Below are positions 1 through 5,526 of a DNA stretch of 5,526 nucleotides, one piece after another; the first letter of the stretch is position 1, and the number at the start of each line of letters is the position of its first letter. Source of the stretch: a virus; UHGV virus genome UHGV-0372727; one strand, given 5' to 3'. Below the pieces are notes generated by a model that was given only the letters and a program-made list of their open reading frames with translations, ran no database searches and had not been told where the DNA came from. The position numbers were made by a program, and so were the translations under genes.

Positions 1-369
1 CTATCAGCAGAGATCAAAAAGATAAACGCGGATGCATGCAGCGGAATGGCTCAGGCGGCATACTATTATGCAGCAGGCGAGACCCAGAAAGCAGAAGCAA
101 AGATGCTCGAAGTAAAAAAGAGAACCGAAGAGGCAACCGCAGAACTGCGAGAGCTTCAATACTGGACCGAGATTGCAAACACGATCATCAAGCTGGCACA
201 AGTGGTAGGAAATTTGACGATCGGAGGAAAAACAGGAAAACTGATCAGAGAATACACGGAAAAAAGAATGAGCGAAACACCCCCCAGGAACTCAACAACA
301 GTAACACAACATTACGATCCGGAGATGCAATTCAAAGGAGTGGATAAAACCGTAACAACAAAATGGTAA
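1..369 (+). CDS. 3' portion (5'-truncated by the window edge) of a structural-protein gene. It is most plausibly the C-terminal ~120 aa of the VP2-like pilot protein if the genome is circular. The track's ATG at 46 is an internal codon.
   Basis: Frame 1 is open from nt 1 with no stop until TAA at 367-369. The translation (…LSAEIKKINADACSGMAQAAYYYAAGETQKAEAKMLEVKKRTEEATAELRELQYW…) is helical/coiled-coil-like with normal composition. It is in the same phase (frame 1) as the 3'-truncated VP2 ORF that runs off the other end of the window. Confidence 0.5.
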   Translation, partial: LSAEIKKINADACSGMAQAAYYYAAGETQKAEAKMLEVKKRTEEATAELRELQYWTEIANTIIKLAQVVGNLTIGGKTGKLIREYTEKRMSETPPRNSTTVTQHYDPEMQFKGVDKTVTTKW

Positions 370-410
370 GAGAAAAATGATTTTAAAAGGGAAAATTTCA
401 AATAAAACCA
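370..410 (+). promoter_or_regulatory. Short AT-rich intergenic spacer upstream of the Rep gene (possible promoter/translation-initiation region)
   Basis: 41 nt non-coding, extremely A/T-rich (GAGAAAAATGATTTTAAAAGGGAAAATTTCAAATAAAACCA). No SD motif. Positional inference only. Confidence 0.2.
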
Positions 411-1268
411 ATGTGTCTATATCCAAGTATCATCGAGAATCCAAAATACGCCAAATCGAATGAAAACAGCAAAAGAATAAAGGATTATCGCCTAAGATGG
501 ATTCAAATTCCATGCGGACACTGCGAAGAATGCAGACGCGCAAAAGCAAATGAATGGAGGGTAAGATTAATGGAAGAAATAAAATCAAATCCAAAAAACA
601 TTATATTTGCGACACTGACATTCTCCGAAGAGAGCTTAAAAAAGCTAGAATATGACGAAAAGGAACCAAACAAAGCACCTCAAAAAGCAATTAGTCTATT
701 TAGAAAGCGATGGTGGAAAAAATACAAGGCACCACTAAAACACTGGCTAATCACAGAGCTAGGACATGATAACACCAAAAGAATACATCTACACGGCATT
801 ATATGGACAGAATTAACAGAAGAACAATTCGAGAAAGAATGGGGGTACGGCTGGATATTCTTCGGATACGAAGTGAATGAAAGAACAATAAACTACATCA
901 TAAAATACATAACAAAGAGAGACGAAGACAACCCCGAATTCAACGGAAAGATATTCACTTCAAAAAGGATCGGAATAGGCTACATAAACAAAGACACACT
1001 CAGAAGGCATAAATATCAAGACAGATTCACAGAAGAAACGTATAGAACGGAATCCGGAATAAAAGCCGCATTACCAATGTATTACAAACAAAAAATATGG
1101 ACAGATCAAGAACGCGAAGCCCTCCGAATTATAAAGGAGGAGAAGCAGACAAAGTACTACAACAAAACTCCTATCAAAGTAGAAACAATAGAACAATACA
1201 AAGAGTATGTGGACGCAGTAAAATACTGGCAATCAATCAAAAAGTATGACAGAAAGAGAAAAAAATGA
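411..1268 (+). CDS. VP4: Rolling-circle replication initiation protein (Microviridae VP4 / gpA-like HUH endonuclease), 285 aa
   Basis: An N-terminal Cys cluster IPCGHCEEC (aa 34-41) like the conserved VP4 N-terminus. RCR motif I IIFATLTF (aa 64-71). ELGHDNTKRIHLHGIIW (aa 116-132), the HUH metal-binding motif II. NYIIKYITK (aa 161-169), the YxxKYxxK two-tyrosine catalytic motif III. All are in phiX A / gokushovirus VP4 order. TGA stop. Confidence 0.9.
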   Translation: MCLYPSIIENPKYAKSNENSKRIKDYRLRWIQIPCGHCEECRRAKANEWRVRLMEEIKSNPKNIIFATLTFSEESLKKLEYDEKEPNKAPQKAISLFRKRWWKKYKAPLKHWLITELGHDNTKRIHLHGIIWTELTEEQFEKEWGYGWIFFGYEVNERTINYIIKYITKRDEDNPEFNGKIFTSKRIGIGYINKDTLRRHKYQDRFTEETYRTESGIKAALPMYYKQKIWTDQEREALRIIKEEKQTKYYNKTPIKVETIEQYKEYVDAVKYWQSIKKYDRKRKK

Positions 1269-1434
1269 AATATGCAAAGGGTACGCAGACCTAATCATAA
1301 AAAAAGAACAAATAACTCGTGAACTATGGAAAACAGAGTTTACAATCAAGAAGTTGGAAGACGTATTAATACGAAACAAAATACTGATACCAACAGAGGC
1401 AGAGGAGACATCGGAGACAGATCAAGCAACCTAA
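1246..1434 (+). CDS. Hypothetical 62-aa ORF overlapping the Rep 3' end (frame 1) and the next ORF; may be non-coding
   Basis: ORF-track only. It overlaps Rep by 23 nt and the 1326..1682 ORF by 109 nt in another frame. Overprinted genes are common in Microviridae, but there is no independent support. Confidence 0.2.
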   Translation: MTEREKNEICKGYADLIIKKEQITRELWKTEFTIKKLEDVLIRNKILIPTEAEETSETDQAT

Positions 1435-1682
1435 TAAAGCTAATCGGCGCCGAAAGAGTATCTCAACGAAACTTCAAATACGAAGGAACATACTACGTGA
1501 CAGAAGACGGAGAAGTATACGACAAAAACCACGTAATCACTCAAAAAGTACAAAGAACCGGCGTAAGCTTCTACGAAGTAGTTGACTGGGAATACAACGA
1601 AAAAAGGCGACTATACGAGCCTACTATTAGAAGAATAGTAATGATCAAAAACACTAACACTCAATTATCACTAAACCTATGA
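1326..1682 (+). CDS. Hypothetical protein, 118 aa (unknown function; N-terminal third basic, C-terminal part Tyr/Glu-rich)
   Basis: First ATG after two in-frame TGA stops downstream of Rep. Its TGA stop overlaps the next ATG (ATGA at 1679-1682), suggesting translational coupling. Sensible amino-acid composition (…KYEGTYYVTEDGEVYDKNHVITQKVQRTGVSFYEVVDWEY…). Confidence 0.5.
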   Translation: MENRVYNQEVGRRINTKQNTDTNRGRGDIGDRSSNLIKLIGAERVSQRNFKYEGTYYVTEDGEVYDKNHVITQKVQRTGVSFYEVVDWEYNEKRRLYEPTIRRIVMIKNTNTQLSLNL

Positions 1683-1849
1683 ATGAAAAAGTAAAGAAGA
1701 TCGTAAAATGGATCGCGGTAATAGCGGCTGCGATCGGCGCGGCAGCTGCCGTGATCATGGAGCAGGGATGCACTCACAAGCACTTCCTCAAAGCAAATGG
1801 CATCAAAATCGACTCAATCGAAGTATCAACATCAACAAAGATCAAATAA
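1679..1849 (+). CDS. Small single-pass membrane protein, 56 aa (MNEKVKKIVKWIAVIAAAIGAAAAVIMEQGCTHKHFLKANGIKIDSIEVSTSTKIK). Candidate lysis protein/amurin-like; not in the supplied ORF track because it is short.
   Basis: Hand-translated frame-2 ORF. The ATG overlaps the upstream stop (ATGA). Basic N-terminus (KVKKIVK), a ~18-20 residue Ala/Ile/Val hydrophobic helix, and a polar 28-aa tail. TAA stop at 1847-1849 is followed 1 nt later by the next ATG. Locally GC-rich codons (GCN Ala run). Confidence 0.5.
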   Translation: MNEKVKKIVKWIAVIAAAIGAAAAVIMEQGCTHKHFLKANGIKIDSIEVSTSTKIK

Positions 1850-1850
1850 C

Positions 1851-2156
1851 ATGGACAACAAATTCAGAAATCAGTTACTTACTGAAAACAAACAAAGAGA
1901 AGAGGAACTCAAAAGTGTAAACCTCGAAATCGAAGAAAGAGCAGTATCAAAAAAAGGCCCGTTCGTACTGATTCGCAACAAAAACAACAAATGGGTAATC
2001 ACAACGTGCGGCGCACTCGTAAACGGGAAGGAATTCGACACTAAAGAGGATGCCGAAAAACATCTAGATAAAAAAACGTGGGATGACATCTTGACCGCAA
2101 CACTCATATTCATCTCACACGTAAATAGTCAAACGATAAACACTCAAGAAGAATAA
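1851..2156 (+). CDS. Hypothetical protein, 101 aa (MDNKFRNQLL…). I prefer the internal ATG at 1851 over the track's 1797, because 1797-1849 overlaps the membrane-protein ORF.
   Basis: ATG sits 1 nt after the upstream TAA. TAA stop at 2154-2156 is 3 nt before the capsid ATG. A KGPFVLIRNKNNKWVITTCGALVNGKEFDTKEDAEKHLDKKTW segment resembles a small beta-rich domain. Confidence 0.5.
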   Translation: MDNKFRNQLLTENKQREEELKSVNLEIEERAVSKKGPFVLIRNKNNKWVITTCGALVNGKEFDTKEDAEKHLDKKTWDDILTATLIFISHVNSQTINTQEE

Positions 2157-2159
2157 GCC

Positions 2160-4202
2160 ATGAAGAAAACACTAGGAGGAGAAAGACTCCGAAGCGAAAG
2201 CAAAATGGAGGTATATCTGCCTAATTTCGGCAGATCATCGCACAACGTGGGGAAAATAATCCGAACATCACAAGCATGCGGCACGATCGTTCCCTATTGG
2301 TGCCAAATAGGTTTGGATGGAACGACGTTCTATATCGACATCACGACAAAAGTAAAGACTTTGCCAACAACCGGACCTGTATTCGGAAGCTTCAAGCACC
2401 AAATCGACGTGTTCGTAATTCCGATCAGGCTCTACATTGCAGCGCTGCATAATAACGCCTTGGGAGTGGGGTTGAACATGAGCAAGGTATTGCTACCATG
2501 TTTTGGAGTCAGCACCGCCATCGCATCAATCTATGAAAACGATACCAACAGGGGACAAGTCAACCCGAGCTCGCTACTCGCATACCTGGGAATAAGGGGA
2601 CTCGGACGCTCCAAGACCAATTCACATATACGAAGATTTCCCGCGATGTTCAATCTGGCATACTGGGACATATTCAAAAACTACTACGCCAATAAACAAG
2701 AAGAAAACGCATATGTAATCACCGGAATAAACCATATCTGGAAGAGTATCAGTGTAGGAGATGGAGTTAAGTGGCTCAAGACATGGACGGAAAACAAAAG
2801 CCAAGCATACAGGATCGCTCCAACAGCTGATAAACCGTTGTACATCATGCTAGAGTTCGAGGAGAATGTCTCGCCCGAAGTGGTCAACGAAATCCAGTTC
2901 TTAACGAATATTCCCGACTCAACGCAGAAATTAAACGAGCTGACAAGACTCGGCGACTCCTTTGTATTCGAACGAACAGATCCGGAGGCATTGGGAATTA
3001 GGGAACCAAGCAACCTAAGAAAAGCAACTAAGGTCTACGCATACAAAGTCAAAAAGACTATCCAGATCGCATACAACATGGATATGGTCGGAGAGAATTC
3101 GATAACAATGCCAGACAACCAGAAAATCAAATTAACGCCGTTCCCATTAAAAAACATCGACGATGAACGAACCAAAATCTTAGCGGCACCCAGCACCTCG
3201 GTATACGAGCTAAACACTCAAAAAATGCCATACGCAGCAGCAATAAAAACTATATCACTACCAAACTATGACCGCAGCACAAAATATAACAGTACAAACT
3301 CATGGTATTCACAAGCAGGATTGGCAGTAAAAACATACCTTAGCGACAGATTCAACAACTGGCTAAACACCGAATGGATCGACGGAACAACAGGGGGGAT
3401 TAATGCAATTACAGCGGTAGATGTAACCGATGGAAAACTCACTATGGACGCTCTGATTCTTCAAAAGAAGATATTCAACATGCTAAACCGCGTTGCGATC
3501 ACAGACGGCACATACCAAGCATGGAGAGAAGCGACATACGGAATTAGAAGCGCAACGCTGCCTGAATCTCCTATATTCTGCGGTGGGATGCAAAGCGAAA
3601 TCGCATTTGATGAGATTGTATCAAATGCAGCAACAGACGAGGAGCCACTGGGAACACTTGCCGGGCGAGGAATTGCAACTATGTATAAATCCGGAAGAGG
3701 CCTGAAAATCAAATGCACGGAACCTAGTATGATCATGGCCCTAGGCTCGATCACACCTCGAATTGATTACAGTCAGGGCAACAAATGGTGGACAAGATTA
3801 GAGACTATGGATGACTTCCATAAGCCAACACTAGACGCGATCGGATTTCAAGAACTTATCACAGAAGAAGCAGCGGCATGGAATACAGAACTTGAGGAGA
3901 ACTTCACTCCCAAATACCATTCTCTAGGAAAACAACCATCATGGATCGAATACACAACAGATGTAAACGAAACATACGGCGAATTTGCCGCGGGAATGCC
4001 TTTAGCATTCATGTGCTTAAATAGAGTGTACGAAGAAAATGAGGACGGCTCGATCAAAAACACATCAACGTACATTGACCCTACGATATACAACAACATA
4101 TTCGCAGAGTCAAGACTGAGCTCGCAAAACTTCTGGGTACAAGTAGCATTTGATGTAACAGCACGCCGAGTAATGTCGGCAAAACAAATTCCAAATTTAT
4201 AA
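2160..4202 (+). CDS. VP1: Major capsid protein (Microviridae VP1 / F-like), 680 aa
   Basis: Uninterrupted 2043-nt ORF. N-terminal region LPNFGRSSHN…GTIVP…DGTTFYIDIT…KHQIDVFVIPIRLYIAAL matches the conserved gokushovirus VP1 N-terminal block (…FFVPLRL…). A downstream AYWDIFKNYYANKQEEN region matches the W..(Y/F)FRD.N block. Its size fits the larger Alpavirinae/gokushovirus-type capsid proteins. An alternative start at ATG 2205 (MEVYLPNF…) is possible. Confidence 0.92.
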   Translation: MKKTLGGERLRSESKMEVYLPNFGRSSHNVGKIIRTSQACGTIVPYWCQIGLDGTTFYIDITTKVKTLPTTGPVFGSFKHQIDVFVIPIRLYIAALHNNALGVGLNMSKVLLPCFGVSTAIASIYENDTNRGQVNPSSLLAYLGIRGLGRSKTNSHIRRFPAMFNLAYWDIFKNYYANKQEENAYVITGINHIWKSISVGDGVKWLKTWTENKSQAYRIAPTADKPLYIMLEFEENVSPEVVNEIQFLTNIPDSTQKLNELTRLGDSFVFERTDPEALGIREPSNLRKATKVYAYKVKKTIQIAYNMDMVGENSITMPDNQKIKLTPFPLKNIDDERTKILAAPSTSVYELNTQKMPYAAAIKTISLPNYDRSTKYNSTNSWYSQAGLAVKTYLSDRFNNWLNTEWIDGTTGGINAITAVDVTDGKLTMDALILQKKIFNMLNRVAITDGTYQAWREATYGIRSATLPESPIFCGGMQSEIAFDEIVSNAATDEEPLGTLAGRGIATMYKSGRGLKIKCTEPSMIMALGSITPRIDYSQGNKWWTRLETMDDFHKPTLDAIGFQELITEEAAAWNTELEENFTPKYHSLGKQPSWIEYTTDVNETYGEFAAGMPLAFMCLNRVYEENEDGSIKNTSTYIDPTIYNNIFAESRLSSQNFWVQVAFDVTARRVMSAKQIPNL

Positions 4203-4206
4203 CACC

Positions 4207-4530
4207 ATGAAAACAGCAAGAAGTAGAAAAGGATGCATCAATGATCCAAACCTCACATACCAAGCAGACCCAAGAGAGGTAAAACTGAGGAAGATAATCA
4301 ACGGCGAAGCCAACAACATGGAGGATGGAGTATTTCCAACAATCTACACGGAAAAAAAGGATGGAGTACAACCTGAATTCGACATAAGGACAGATCGATT
4401 CGAGGTAGCGATAGACGCGATAGATAAGATTAATCAAAGCGCAGCAAACCAGATCGCAAAAAACAAGGGTGAAACTGAAGCCGTAAAAGATTTCGGGACA
4501 GGAGTAAAAACCGATCCCGAAAAGAGCTAA
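4207..4530 (+). CDS. Hypothetical protein, 107 aa, between the capsid and pilot genes (possible scaffolding/minor structural protein)
   Basis: Starts 4 nt after the VP1 TAA. Acidic, low-complexity C-terminal half (…FEVAIDAIDKINQSAANQIAKNKGETEAVKDFGTGVKTDPEKS). Followed by the hairpin terminator. It occupies the slot of spike protein G in phiX-type genomes. Confidence 0.5.
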   Translation: MKTARSRKGCINDPNLTYQADPREVKLRKIINGEANNMEDGVFPTIYTEKKDGVQPEFDIRTDRFEVAIDAIDKINQSAANQIAKNKGETEAVKDFGTGVKTDPEKS

Positions 4531-4559
4531 AGCAGCCGTATAAAGCTCTACCAAAACTC

Positions 4560-4593
4560 AAAGAGGGGGGATGTTTCCGCCCCCCCCTCTTTT
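4560..4593 (+). terminator. GC-rich hairpin followed by a T-run: putative intrinsic terminator and/or ssDNA secondary-structure signal
   Basis: AAAGAGGGGGG (4560-4570) pairs perfectly with CCCCCCTCTTT (4582-4592), an 11-bp stem with an 11-nt loop ATGTTTCCGCC. A TTTT run immediately follows. It lies directly after the 107-aa ORF stop. Confidence 0.6.
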
Positions 4594-4686
4594 AACCCTC
4601 ATAAATACGTGTGGCACAGGGCGGTAGACGTTTATACATATATAACAAGAACATAAGGTGTAAATTCTTTTAAGAAAAGAACGAAA
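4594..4686 (+). promoter_or_regulatory. Intergenic AT-rich region upstream of VP2; putative promoter / regulatory region
   Basis: The longest non-coding stretch in the window. Contains GTTTATACATATATAACAAG with TATAAC-like elements. No Shine-Dalgarno motif before ATG 4687. The promoter call is by position only. Confidence 0.3.
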
Positions 4687-5526
4687 ATGAGCTTTAAAAA
4701 AATACTGGAGTTACTCGAAAAAGGAGAGGATCTAACAAGCCCTCTCTCGGGCATGATAGGCAACGTCTCAGGGATTTTCAACATGCTAGGTATAGGCAAA
4801 AGGAAACAGATAAGACAGCAAAAAGAGATGGCAGAGAATGCGGCCAAAATAAACTACAAATACGGAGAAATGGCGGCGGAGAATGCATTCGAAAGACAGC
4901 AAGTATTATACAACAGAACCTACCAAGACCAAAGCTACGCTAACAAAGTCGCACAAATGGATGCAGCAGGATTGTCTCCAGGCCTAATGTATGGTGGAGG
5001 TGGGGCCAGCGGTGGGGGGGCCGGATCGACGACAGGTGCCCCCATGGGGGCAACGGGTGCTACCGGTGCAGGATCAGCAGCCGACCCTAATGCACAACTG
5101 CAAGCATTGATGTCACTACGACAGGTGCGGATGAGCGAGCGAAAGAACGAAGCGGAAATTAACCTACTTAATACTCAAGCAGATGCACTCAAGGCAGAAG
5201 CGGGTAAAAACAAAGAGGAAACCCAATCAATAATCGAAAAGAGGCTATGGCAAGTAAAACAAGAGATGTTTGAAGGGTGGAAAGGCTTCATTGACACAGC
5301 AAACCAACTATGGGATCAGATGGTAAAATGGCAACCCACAAAAAAAACAACGATCGACGGCAAGGAAGTCGAAATACCTAAATACTTCGAAATAGAGGAT
5401 GACAAATTCGGCAAAATTGTATTCGGAGAGGAATCATTCCAGGGCGATATGATGACAGCTGAAAAACAGATCCTCGAAGGAACGGCGGCGATCAAAACTC
5501 TAGAGAGCATCTACGCAGACAAAAAA
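4687..5526 (+). CDS. VP2: DNA pilot / minor capsid protein (Microviridae VP2 / H-like), 3'-truncated by the window end (280 codons visible)
   Basis: Frame 1 is open from ATG 4687 to the last base. Hydrophobic N-terminal segment (SPLSGMIGNVSGIFNMLGIG). Conserved VP2 signature …AENAFERQQVLYNRTYQDQSYANKVAQMDAAGLSPGLMY…, followed by a Gly-rich tract GGGGASGGGAGSTTGAPMGATGATGAG and a helical C-terminal part. The supplied ORF track does not list it because it lacks a stop. Confidence 0.8.
   Translation, partial: MSFKKILELLEKGEDLTSPLSGMIGNVSGIFNMLGIGKRKQIRQQKEMAENAAKINYKYGEMAAENAFERQQVLYNRTYQDQSYANKVAQMDAAGLSPGLMYGGGGASGGGAGSTTGAPMGATGATGAGSAADPNAQLQALMSLRQVRMSERKNEAEINLLNTQADALKAEAGKNKEETQSIIEKRLWQVKQEMFEGWKGFIDTANQLWDQMVKWQPTKKTTIDGKEVEIPKYFEIEDDKFGKIVFGEESFQGDMMTAEKQILEGTAAIKTLESIYADKK

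Noticed and set aside
1266-1325. Rep ORF and the downstream 118-aa ORF are in the same frame, separated only by two TGA codons (1266-1268, 1320-1322). This raised the possibility of TGA=Trp recoding (as in Spiroplasma phage SpV4) or programmed readthrough giving a ~420-aa Rep.
   Set aside because: The 680-aa capsid ORF and the Rep ORF contain many TGG Trp codons and no in-frame TGA. Five of seven genes end in TAA. The C-terminal motifs of Rep are already complete before 1266. The standard code is far more likely.
1740-1751. Perfect 12-bp palindrome CGGCAGCTGCCG in a locally GC-rich patch
   Set aside because: It lies within the run of four consecutive alanine codons (GCG GCA GCT GCC) of the TM helix. 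Palindromy is an easy by-product of GCN repeats. The TM helix itself explains the local GC rise.
1708-1920. 70-aa + strand ORF (MDRGNSGCDRRGSC…)
   Set aside because: Off-frame reading of the GC-rich Ala-codon stretch of the membrane-protein gene and of the start of the 101-aa gene. Gly/Arg/Cys-rich nonsense composition. It conflicts with two better-supported coupled ORFs.
2160-2204. Uncertainty whether VP1 starts at ATG 2160 or ATG 2205
   Set aside because: I kept 2160 as the call, because it abuts the upstream stop with a 3-nt spacer like every other gene junction here. The 2205 alternative cannot be excluded without homologue alignment.
3493-3705. 70-aa +1-frame ORF embedded in the capsid gene
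   Set aside because: No features of a real protein (His/Gln/Arg-rich, no hydrophobic core or TM) and no coupling signals. Overprinting is possible in microviruses, but nothing supports it here.
1871-4847. All minus-strand ORFs (e.g. 4081..4554 157 aa, 3848..4219, 2684..3013, 4632..4847)
   Set aside because: They are Phe/Leu/Cys/Ser-rich translations of the T-rich complement of A-rich coding sequence, and lie antisense to strongly supported genes. Microviridae transcribe a single strand.

Overview
The window looks like a near-complete genome of a small ssDNA phage of the family Microviridae, of the gokushovirus/Bacteroidetes-associated ("Alpavirinae-like") type rather than the phiX-like type. 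All credible genes lie on the + strand and are packed tightly, with ATGA start/stop overlaps and 1-4 nt spacers. Three proteins are recognisable from the sequence. The first is a rolling-circle replication initiator (VP4/gpA-like HUH endonuclease), identified by an N-terminal CxxCxxC cluster, FATLTF, HLHGIIW and a YIIKYITK two-tyrosine motif. The second is a 680-aa major capsid protein (VP1/F-like), identified by a VFVIPIRLY block and a W..F..Y region. The third is a DNA-pilot/minor capsid protein (VP2/H-like), cut off by the window end; it carries the conserved ...QMDAAGLSPGLMY motif followed by a Gly-rich tract. The window begins in the 3' part of an ORF that is in phase with the truncated VP2 at the other end. 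One reading is therefore that this is a linearised ~5.5 kb circular genome cut inside VP2. Three small unannotatable ORFs lie between Rep and the capsid gene. One of them (1679..1849, 56 aa, missed by the ORF track) has a single N-terminal transmembrane helix and is a candidate single-gene lysis protein. A further 107-aa ORF sits between the capsid and pilot genes, the position occupied by spike protein G in phiX-type phages. No start codon has a Shine-Dalgarno motif, and the coding strand is strongly A-rich and T-poor; both point to a Bacteroidetes-type host. The only sizeable non-coding stretch (4531-4686) holds a strong GC hairpin followed by a T-run (terminator and/or ssDNA structural signal) and an AT-rich near-palindrome. 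Minus-strand ORFs are compositional artefacts. No tRNA, rRNA, CRISPR or transposase-like sequence is present.
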